From the NCBI GenBank assembly GCA_030390025.1, contig CM059431.1, forward strand, positions 155,250,001 through 155,314,000: a stretch of 64,000 nt of DNA. Direction: 5' to 3'. Origin of the DNA: Squalus acanthias (Eukaryota). The translations under genes and the position numbers were made by a program. Shown here piece after piece: positions 12,701 through 24,700 of this stretch (within the stretch, counting starts at the first letter, position 1; each line of letters opens with the position of its first letter). Below the pieces are notes generated by a model. The model was not told the DNA's origin. It searched no databases and saw only the letters and a program-made list of their open reading frames with translations.

Positions 12701-15700
12701 TCAAGAATGAGAGGGGATCTCCTCGAAACATATAAAATTCTGACAGGTCTGGACAAACTAGATGCAGGAAGAATGTTCCTGATGGTCAGAGAGTCCAGAA
12801 CCAGGGGTCATAATCTAAGGATAACGGGTAAGCCATTTAGGACAGAAATGAGGAAGAATTTATTCACCCAGACAGTGGTGAAACTGCGGAATTCTCTACC
12901 ACAGGAGGTAGTTCAGGCCAATTCATTAAATATATTCAAGAATGAGTTAGATATATTTCTTAAAGTTAAAAGTATCATGGGATATGAGGAGAAGGCAGGT
13001 ACAGGGTACTGAGTTTGGATGATCAGCAATGATCTCATCGAATGGCGGAGCAGGCTGTAGGGGCCGAATGGCCTACTCCTGCTCATATCTTCTATGTTTC
13101 TATCTTGACAGATCGGACGCTTGCCCCAGAGAAGGGCCTCTGCGAGTGGAGATTTCTGCTTGCTGCAGTACATCCGCTCTTGAAAACAATTAAAAATCGT
13201 ACTCCTGGTAACAGCAGGCGTAAGGCCTGCTTTTCCCAGCACAAGAGTTTAAAAAAGTAAAAAACTATATATTTAGTCACTCATTTATAATTTTAAAGTA
13301 CTTCTAAATAAGGTCAGTTTAATTTTAGCTCCGTAAAAATCTTTAATTATTTTTTAAAAAATTGGCCCAGAAATTAAACATCGATGGTTCCCGCGGGGAT
13401 AAGGATTACCCGCGATATCGCACTCCGGGCCTACCTTTTTGTTTTGGGCCCACCCGAACTTTAGTTTCAGGGCCTCTCCCTGTTGCAACCGTGCAGTGCT
13501 TGAGTGTCACATGGGCGCAATTAGTTTGTGCGAGCTCTGGGATCACGTGATTCAGATAGAGCCAATGGCAGCACACCATCTTTCAGTCATAGTTTTGACA
13601 GCAAGGGCTGTCAAAGCTATGAATACTACAAGCCCCCAAAAGAAGAGCTAAACCTCAATTATTTTAAAAAAAAAAGCCATCACATTATTAAAATAAATAT
13701 AGATAAATAAATTAAACAATTTAAACAAAAAATAAATTTTTGAAAAAATTTAAAATCTTTTTAAAAGTTATAAAAATAAACATACCTTTCCTTAAAGTCT
13801 CTAAAAAAGATAAACCTGTTGAAAAAAAATTTAAATAACACTTACCTAACAACTTACCTTGTTAAAAGTGTGTCCTGCGCCTGCTTTCTTTATGAGTAAA
13901 ATCTTCAACATTTCCCTGCGCGTTCAAACCTGAAAAAAAAACTAACTGCACTGCGTGCACACAACGTGTAATGCGCATGCGGTTCACTTTGGAACCGACC
14001 ACTTCACAATTCACGAAGTGCCGGTTTCCCGCGTATGCGCAGTGCATGCAGGAAACCAGCAATTCGGGACCTAATACGCGAGAGTACACAGTGCGTAATC
14101 TCGCCTATTAGGTCTAATTTTCGGGCCCAATTTGTGTTTAAAATATTTAAATTAATATAAATGTTGTCATTTTAAAAACGCGATGCTTTTTAAAAATGTA
14201 TTTATTGTATTGATTTGTTTTTGGTGTGATATCCATTCATACCTTTGACAGGTCCATCTGTCAAAGGTATGAAGGGAGATTCCCTTCCATTCTCTCGCCT
14301 GTCCACCTATCTCAGGGGCTCACCAGCTTCGCAAGCGTCCCTGGGATCAGGTGGGCCCTGCGCATTTCTGCTGTGGACAGGCTCAGGATCGCAAATGGCT
14401 CCTCCTCGGGAGCCCTCAGGTAAGTGCGCAGATTTCTGATAGGAGGCATCCGCACGCAGGAAGCCTCCTAACGGAAATTACGGGCCAAATATTGTAATGA
14501 ATATTTGAATAAGATACCACTAGCAGCACAAGCATCACGCGTCCACAGCAAAGACCCAATGGATATCCAGAAGCTAGATAGAACATCTAATAGCCACATA
14601 TATCTAATCTCAGGAAAATAAATTAACTGACATATTTAAAATAATCTGTCACTCACTACTGAGAAATTCTGTCCGTTCTTTAGCAAAGCAGACGAGCATT
14701 TTAATTAAACGAGACGATTCGTGTGAGTCACTGCCGGTGGCAGCAATTTCTAGAACTTTCTACTGAACATATCCAATTCGTTGCTTCTATTTCTTTTCTC
14801 CTTCCAACTTCACTGCATGGCTGATTCTACCTGCCTATCTACCAACTTCCCTGCCACAGTTATTACTTATAATTAACAACCTCAAATAATCTGCATTATT
14901 CTACGTCTCACGAAGCACTCGCAAAATACATTCAGTCCAGGTGTTACGCAACTTTAAGCCTTCACGTTCATTCTTCTGCCCAATACTCAGGGACATAACA
15001 TTACCGGCATCTCCTGTCATGACAGCCATCATGTCCTATTTAAAATAAAATTCCGAGTCTCATCCATGATGTCTATCTGATCTCTTTTCGAATATTTCCT
15101 GAAGTTATATAACAAATATATTAATGAAGCATGGTGAATAAAGCTGATTAGTTGAAGGTAGCGATTGTCTGATGATGCTCTAGGAAGTTATGATATGAAG
15201 ACATTAACACCTACGTGTTAATGTTAGCGCACGTCTGGGAGCTTGGCGTTAATGGGCCGGATATTCCGATGCTTACGGGTGTGTACGCGCTGTGTACACA
15301 ACCGTGGGGACATCGGAAATGCAGGTTTCAGGCATGCCAAGCGCATGCGCTGAAATCCGTAAATTCCGATCTGTCAAGAATGCTCTTGACAGATTGGACG
15401 CCTAGCCTGGAGAAGGACCTATGCGGACGGATAGTTCCGCTTTCTGGAGAACATCCGCCTGCAGAAAACCATTAGAAATCGTATGCCTGCTAAAAGCAGG
15501 GCTAAGGCTTGCTTTTACTTTGTTTTTTGAGTGAATTCAATTCATATATTTGACAGGTCTTCCTTTCAAATGTGTGAAGGGAGATTCCCTTCTCTTATTG
15601 GCTCCCTACGTGATCCCAGGGACGCTGCGAACCGCCTGCGCCTCTGGGTTACGTGGGCCCTGCGCACCGGAAGTTTGGAGTGACCAAGCAACGGAACTCT

Positions 15701-18700
15701 GCGCCTCCCGGGAGCCCTCCGGTGCAGGCACAGATATTTCCAGATCGCAGTCCTCCGCCCGCGTGCGGCCTGCGAAAGGAATTTCTGGGCCACTGTGTTT
15801 TTGGGGTGATCTCCATTCATATATTTGACAGTTCTTCCTGTCAAGTGTAAGAATGCAGTTTACCTACTTTGATTGGATCCCCATAGCCCACATGATCCCA
15901 GGCACCCTGCAATCTGCCTGTGCCTCTGGGATAATAGGGCCCAGCGCAAGTGGAGATTGGAGAGGCCCAGGATCGGAATCGCGTGCGTCCCGGGATCCCT
16001 AAGGTAAGGGCGTAGATTTATCCAGATTGCAGACCTGCGCACCCGGGATTCCTGCGATCGAAAAAACAGGCCATTAACTATGAGGAGTTCATTATCAAGC
16101 ACAAGTGGTGGGTCACGAATTGAGGAAGCGATATAATGAAAAAATTGAGTCATTTTAGCGAGGGTATCAGAGATATGGATGAGTTTATATATCTAAAGTA
16201 TAGAAGTGCTGTACGGGTGGAAGAGGGAGTGTGCTATCTGCCAGTATCCAGAACGTGAGATAGATGGGTACGTTTCCAGAACAACAGGGAAGGAATGAGT
16301 ATTGGATCCATTTCTGCAAACGGATAACGGATATCTGAGAAGCAATGATATCATTAGAATTCAGAAGAACAGTAAATCAAAGAAATATATATGTACAAGA
16401 TAACCAATTTCTACAAATCAAGAACACACTAGCCCAGATATATTGGGACGGAATGGATCAGATAATTCCGTCGGGAAGCAATACGAAGGTACCAAGTAGG
16501 AAATGATTGCGATACGATATATAGGAATTACACGATAATAAAACGAGTGGAGCACATACAAGAATTATTTGCATGTGCATAGAAAAGGAAATGAAAAGTA
16601 GATTTACAAATTGAATCTAGGGGGTTGATTATATAAATCAAATCAAAGAAACATAGAGGTTAACGAGCAGAAAGTTAAACGTTGACAGTTTACGAATTTG
16701 GTGATTGGCATGAGACAGTATTCGGGACAATGATCACATTTCATAAACACTTCAAATAAAATAGAAACTCATAAGACAGGACTATTCAGGTATTCAAAGC
16801 AAATGTTTCATATAGAAGATGAAGGATTGACTGATAAGCTTGTGCTGCTGTTTCGATGAATGATACTTGAAATGAACGGAAGTCTAATTCCAATCAATGT
16901 TAAAGAAATACGGACGCGTGTAACACGAGCCGACCATTCGCTATCAGCACCTGTCATGCAACTGGCCGATTCCAATTTCACCCGCATTGTTTTAGAATCT
17001 GTGCAGTTTGAGTTTCTAAAAGCACGTTGTGAGCTTTCCAGAGCATTGCTGTTACTAACAACAAATAATGCTTCATTTTGCACGAACCATATTCCTGAAA
17101 TTTGACTTTTCCCCTTTTATTTGGCACTTATCAATTTTCATATCAGTTGAGAAAATTCAGCTTCTCTCGGTGACTCAACGCTAGTCCTCTCTATCTCTGC
17201 AACATCCTCCAGCCCTACAATCCTCCGTGATCTCTGTGCTCATCAAATTCTGAACCATTGCGCAACCCTGATTCTCTTCACGCCACCACTAGTCGCCGTG
17301 CGTTGTGCTGCCTCGGTCCTAAACTCTGGAATTAACTCTGTAATCCTCTTCGGCCGTGTGCCATTCTCTGCTCTTTAGAGACGCTCCTTATAACTTATCA
17401 CGTTGACATAGATTTTGGTCACCTGATTGTGAGCTTTTCTATTCATTCCTCCCATAAAGAGAGGGAGAAACAAAAGCGACGTCTCTTATCTGATTTTGTA
17501 AAATACTTTGTTCAATATGATTGCAATATTTTTTTAGGAAATCAGTACACTTGCTGAAAGTCAGCGCAGAAACGATGCTTCCCAATGCATTTTCGATACC
17601 GTGCTGGAAAAGGGAGCTCGGGGAGAAAGAACAATGTGGAACATATTTCTTCAACTGCAGAATTCAAAACCCAAACTGAAAGCGACATTGTCAGAGATAC
17701 AGAACAGAGATACAGGGACAAAACATGATCTAGAAGGTAGGCGATGTCAAAATCTAATTGCAAAAGATCTCGTTTACTTTCAGAGTAAGAGAGTTCATTA
17801 TTTATGTCGAGGAACTTATTGTAAGTTAATGTACAGGAGGATGAAATTCTAATTGACGGGACACACAATGGCCGGATCACATTTGCCGACAGTTACACAC
17901 ACGCCCGATATTCAGCTCAATTCAAGTTTATTCTCGCGCAACATATAAAAGGCGATGGATGCGATACGGCCTGTGTTCTGTCCTCGCCGAAAAACGGCCA
18001 GTATTGCATCTGCTGCCCGTTGTTCGCTTTTTCCTATGTTCCCTTCCTTTGACTCCAATAAAATTGCAGAGGCTGCGCTGTGCCCACCCAGAGCCGGTAA
18101 TCAGGGAAATCTCTCAAATCAGGGAAACTGATGTAATCTTCGGCTCTTTCACAGTAGTTGCGCTCTTGAATTCCCCACTAAAAGTTTGACTGAAAGGGAA
18201 GGGTGTAACTGGATTGCAAAAGCGTATTGAATTCTTAACAAATGTGATAGCCAGAAAATCTAATTTTAATTTTGTGCAGAGACAACTTTATTCATTTGAA
18301 TAAAAATTAACATTATTCTGAAAATGTAATAATTTTAAAAGATTTATCCTCCTTATTTCTGCTTTGCATTTTCCCCATGTTAGAGCCCCAATATTTGTTT
18401 CGTTCGCTCAATCATTTTTTTTAAATGTTAGAAGTTTAACAGCTTCACCACTTCCTTGTTCGCTGTATGTGAGAATTAAGCGTTTTGATTGGATGCTTAG
18501 ACAGCCTGTTGACTTCACAGCAGCTTGCACTCGGGATTCCCAATGATGTTCCGTTGATTTGAATTACACTTCGGAAAACCTGATTGCGAGATCTTTGTGT
18601 CAATCTTACTTTGTGGCCGCAGCAAATGCCTTTGCTTCGCGCTGACCGCTAATTCCGGGCCGTTCTTTATTAAGTATTTCTCAGGTCTTTCTGCTTCCAT

Positions 18701-21700
18701 CGATAGGCATTTTAGAATCTGGTACATTCAATTATGATTCCTACCAGCTATTGTCATGTTTCAGATGTGGTATTTGAGATTTAATTATTATTTCAATTTG
18801 ATATCAATAACTTTTTCCCAATGCTGTGTTCTTGTAATTGTTGTATTGATATCTATCAAATTTATTTTGAGTACATTTAGATTCACAGTATTTAAATTTC
18901 TCCGGTTCTTATCGCAGTTTAGTTTTCCCAAGAAAGAAGGAATGAGCTTGCATTTACTGTTACTTTCTTTAACTATCTGTGCATTATTTATTAGCTCTTT
19001 AGGCTAAAAAGTGCAAAGGGATCTGGGGGTCCTGGTGCACGAAACTCAAAAGGTTAGTATGCAGGTGCAGCAAGTGATTAAGAAGGCAAATGGAATGTTG
19101 GCTTTCATTGCTAAGGGGATAGAATATAAAAATAGGGAGGTATTGCTTCAGTTGTACAAGGTATTGGTGAGACCGCACCTGGAATACTGCATACAGTTTT
19201 GGTGTCCTTACTTAAGGAAAGACATCCTTGCTCTCGAGGCAGTGCAAAAAAGGTTCACTCGGTTAATCCCGGGGATGAGGGGGTGGTCATATGAGGAGAG
19301 GTTGGGTAGATTGGGACTCTACTCATTGGAGTTCAGAAGAATGAGAGGCGATCTTATTGAAACATATAAGATTGTGAAGGGGTTGGATCGGGTGGATGCG
19401 GGGAGGATGTTCCCGATGACGGGTGAGACGAGAACTAGGGGACATAGTCTTAGAATAAGGGGCTGCTCTTTCAAAACTGAGATGAGGAGGAACTACTTCA
19501 CTCAGAGGGTGGTAGGTCCATGGAATATGCTGCCACAAAAAGCTGTAGAAGCTACAACATTAATTAAATTTAAAACAGAAATAGACAATTTCCTAGAAGT
19601 AAAGGGCATTAAGGGTTACGGGGAGCGGGCAGGAATTTGGACATGAGTCTAGGTTCGGATCGGTCATGGCCCTGTGGGTAGTGGAGCGGGCCCAGGGACT
19701 GTGTAGCCTGATTCTGCTCCTATTTCGTGTGTGCAATTCTGTTAGATGCAGGAGATGGTTCTGTGATAGATAGTAGATTGGCGGTTAGGATCAGATCAGC
19801 CATGATCTTATTGAATGGCGGAGCAGGCTCGAGGGGCCGATTGGCCTACTCCTGCTCCTATTTCTTATGTTCTTATGTAAAAGCGACAGTCACGACTATT
19901 TTAATTGCTCAGCAGCATCTGGTGATCCCAAGCAATACATTTCGAATGGATTCTCAGATCACCGTCCGCAACCATCATATTTTAATTTTTTGGATATATG
20001 ATAACATATGAATATTTGCTCGTGATTTAGATACGCTTTTGTGAGGTTTAGACACGATTCCTTAAACGACTTTTGGGCACTGCCAGATAGAATCTCCAGA
20101 GCTCGACTGCTTCAATTCATCAGTTCACCCTCATTTCCACTTATCCATAATCCCATTCGTCAGTGACCTACATTCACTTGCTATCCCAGACAATTTGTGA
20201 AAGACTCCTGCTCATCTACAATTCCCTTTACGGTCTCGAGCGTCTTAATTTTACAGTCATCTTCAAAAACCCTCTTTTTTTCTGGTCCATCCTCTCCCTT
20301 TGCTGTGGTCCCCAGATTATTGGTTCCTCTGCTCCGGACTCCAACAAAGTCGTCAGCACCACTGTCTGGAATCCGTTGCCTTGGGCTTCCACTCTTTACT
20401 TCCTACTTACTTTAAACAACCTCCACATGTTGCAAGTACTAGGTCGTTTCTCTTAACTCTAAGAAAAAGAGGCAGTTTAACTCTAAATTCCTGCTGTGTG
20501 AGGCGCCATTGGACGTCTCACTGTTTGAAAGGCTCTAAAGAAAAGCTGCTGCTCTAAATGTTAGTTCAAATTATTCATTGCTTGAAACCAAACATAGTAT
20601 TGAAACCTGTTCTCATTTACACTTTTACTGAAAAATCAGATACTAAAATGTTACTAATGTTGGCGAGCTACACGGATATCCAGCTTGGAGAAATTATCGG
20701 CTGCTACCGTCAGAGACTAAAATCGTCAATTGAAGAATTCGTGGAAGCTGTTAGTCAATCGCTCTTAGATGCAAACGTGTTTTCTGAAACAATTCATAAG
20801 GTATGCTACATATATGTTGGAATTGTCTTAATGGCCTCCTAAATTTGAGACGGGTTGGTGGGAGATTTTTCAAGTCGGCTTTGCTTGTTGAACGGTTGTA
20901 TTCTCTGGCGACTTTATGTTCGCGGCGGAGGTTTGGTGGTGCGAGGACTTGATAGCCATGGGGTGAATGATAACATCCTTCCCACGGTCTACCCTTTCAC
21001 GTGCTCTTCGATTACAGCTAATATCGTCTCAAAGGAAACAGAACTTGTCGTTTTTAATGTGTTAAATAACAAGAGAACAGCATCTCATGTTATAACCATG
21101 AGTTCATCGTGGAAGATCCTCGACCCAAATACCGTCAGCTGCTCCATCAATAAAAACATTTCTGTCATACGGTCAGAATTTGGGCTGTACGCTGATGATT
21201 GCAGTGTTCAATTCCATTCCCAATTCCTCAGGTAACTAAACAGTCCATGCCCGTATGCAACTAGATCTGGTCAACATGCCAGTTATGGTGGATAATTAGC
21301 TTGTAACATTTGTGCCACATAAGTGACAGGCAAAAACCATCTGCAGAAATAGACTCTCTAATCAACTGATAATTCACTGGAAAACGTCTTGCAGTTAAGC
21401 TATTTACCTTAGCCGTATTTCTGCAGGGATTCGGGTTACTGTTGTTTCTGTAATCGGACATAAATGGCATCCTATCCAAGGAGCAATTAATCCAAATTTC
21501 AGTATTGCAAGGAACACGCCAAGACACAATGGCCCGAATATTAGACCTAATACGCGAGATTACGCACTGTGTACTCTCGCGCATTAGGTCCCGAAGTGCC
21601 GGTTTCCTGTATGCACTGCGCATGCGCGGGAAACCGGCACTTCGTGTATTGCAAAGGGGGCGGTTCCGAAGTGAACAGTGCACCTAGTTTTTTTTTCAGG

Positions 21701-24700
21701 TTTGAACGAGCAGGTAAGTGGTGAAGATTTTACTCATAAATAAAGCAGGCGCAGTACCCCCTTTTAAAAAGGTAAGTAGTTAATTAAGGGTTATTTTTAA
21801 TTTTTTTCAACAGGTTTATCTTTTTTCGAGACTTTAAAGAAAGGTAAGTTAATTTTTATAACTTTTAAAAAGATTTTAATTTTTTTTAAATTTTTTTTTT
21901 AAAGTGTTTAATTTATTTAACTAAAGTTATTTTATTAATGTGATGGCTTTTAAAAAAAATAAATTGAGGTTTAGCTGTTCTTTTGGGGTCTTGTAGTATT
22001 CATAGCTTTGACAGCCCTTGCTGACAAAACTATGAATGAAAGATGGTGTGCTGCCATTGGCTCTAACTGAATCACGTGATCCCAGAGCTCGCACGAACTA
22101 ATTGCGCCTCTGGTACACGCAAGCACTGCACGGTTGCAACAGGGGGAGGCCCTGAAACTGAAGTTCGTGTGGTTCCAAAACAAAAAGCTAGGCGCGGAGT
22201 GCGATATCGCGGGGAATCCTTACCCTCGCGGGAACCATCGATATTTAATTTCTGGGCCAATGGCTCGTATTTTCCGATGCCTACGTGTGAGTACGCGCAA
22301 TGTACACTCCCGCAGGGACATCGGCAATGCCGGTTTCAGGCATGCGAAGCGCATGCGCTGAAAACCGGCATTTCCGATCTGTCAAGAATCATCTTGAAAG
22401 ATCGGTGCTTGCCCCAGAGAAGGGCCTCTGCTGGCGGAGATTTCCGATTGCTGCAGGACATCCGCTCTTGAAAACACTTAAAAATCGTACTCCTGGTAAA
22501 AGCAGGCGTAAGGCCTGCTTTTCCCAGCACAAGAGTTTAAAAAAGTAAAAAATATTTATTTTTTCACTCACTTATAATTTTAATGTATTTCTAATTAAGG
22601 TAAGTTTAATTTTAGCTCGGTAAAAATCTTTAAATATTTTTTCAAAGCATTAAATTTTTGTTTAAAATATTTAAATTAATATAAATGTTACTCATTATAA
22701 AAAAGCAATACATTGTAAAAAATTTTTTATTGTTTTGATTTGTTTTTGTGGTGATCTCCATTCATACCTTTGACAGGTCTATCTGTCAAAGGTATGAAGG
22801 GAGATTCCCTTCTATTCTCTCGCCTGTCCACCGATCTCAGGGGCTCACGAGCTTCGCAAGCCTCCCTGGGATCAGGTGGGCCCTGCGCATTTCTGCTGTG
22901 GACAGGCTCAGGATCGCAAATGGCTCCTCCTCGGGAGCCCTCAGGTAAGGGCATAGATTTCTTCCCGATAGGAGGCATGCGCACGCAGGAAGCCTCCTAA
23001 CGGAAATTACGGGCCAAATATTGTAATGAATATTTGAATAAGATACCACTAGCAGCACAAGCATCACATAGAAACATAGAAGATAGGAGCAGGAGTAGGC
23101 CATTCGGCCCCTCGAGCCTGCTCCGCCATTCGATGAGATCATGGCTGATCATCTAAACTCAGTAACCTGTACCTGCCATCGCCCCATATCCCTTGATACC
23201 TTTAGCTTTAAGAAATATATCTAACTCATCCTTGAATATATTTAATGACTTAGACTCAACTACCTTCTGTGGTAGACAATTCCACTGGTTCACCACTCTC
23301 TGGGTGAAGAAATTCTTCCTCACTTCTGTCCTAAATGGTTTGCCCGTTATCCGAAGATTATGACCCCTGGTTCTGGACTCTCCGACCATCGGGAACATGC
23401 TACCTGCATCTAGTTTGTCCAGACCTATCAGAATTTTATATGTTTCGATGAGATCCCCTCTCATTCTTCTATACTCCAGTGAGTATAAGCCCAATCGACC
23501 CAATCTCTCCTCATATGTCATTCCTGCCATCCCAGGTATCAGCCTTGTGAAACTTCGCTGAACTCCATCCATGGCAAGAACATCCTTCCTCAGATAAGGC
23601 GACCAAAACTGCACACAGTACTCAAGGTGTGGTCTCACCAAGGCCCTGTACAACTGCAGCAGGACATCCCTGTTCCTATACTCAAACCATTTCGCTATGA
23701 AGGCCAACATACCATTTGCCTTCTTCACCACCTGCTGCACCTGCATGCTTACTTTCAGCGACTGGTGCACAAGGACACCCAGGTCTCGTTGCACTTCCCC
23801 TTCTCCCAATCTATTGCCATTCAGATAATAGTCTGCCTTTCTGTTTTTGACACCAAAGTGGATAACCTCTCACTTATCCACGTTATATTGCATCTGCCAC
23901 GCTTCTGCCCACTCACCCAACCTGTCCAGATCATCCTGGAGTTTCTCGCTATCCTCCTCGCTGCACACACTCCCACCCAGCTTTTTGTCATCTGCAAACT
24001 TGGAGATATTACGTTTAATTCCCTTATCTAGATCATTAATATATATTTTGTATAGCTGGGGTCCAAGGACCGATCCCTGCGGTACCCCACTATTCACTGC
24101 TTGCCACTCGGAAAAAGACCCATTAATTCCTACTCTCTGCTTTCTGTCCGCCAACCAGTTCTCTATCCAAGTCAATACCTTGCCCCCAATCCCATGTGAC
24201 TTAACTTTACCCGCTAATCTCTTATGCGGGACTTTATCGAAAGCCTTTTGAAAGTCTAAATACACCACATCTACTGGTTCTCCCTTATCTATTTTCGCAG
24301 TTACATCCTCAAAAAATTCCAGTGGATTAGTCAAGCACGATTTACCTTTTGTAAATCCATGTTGACTTTGTCCGAGCCTGTCACTGTTTTTCAAATGCTC
24401 AGCTATTACATCCTTTATAATGGACTCTAGCATTTTCCCCACGACCGATGTCAGGCTTACCGGTCTGTAATTCCCCGCTTTCTCTCTACCACCCTTTTTG
24501 AATAGTGGGGTAACATTAGCTACCCTCCAATCCATGGGTACAGTTCCAGATTCCATCGAATGTTGGAAGATGATCAGTAATGCATCTACTCTTTCTAGGG
24601 TCACTTCCTTAAGTACCCTAGGATGTAGATTATCAGGCCCTGGGGATTTATCGGCCTTCAATACCGTCAATTTCCCTAACACCATTTCCCTGCAAATACT

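Larger units (their letters stand above)
8539..20411 (+). repeat. Tandem unit 2 (~6.9-kb core plus 2 CR1 and 1 MITE insertions)
   Basis: Colinear high-identity copy; length minus private insertions is about 6.9 kb. Confidence 0.95.
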
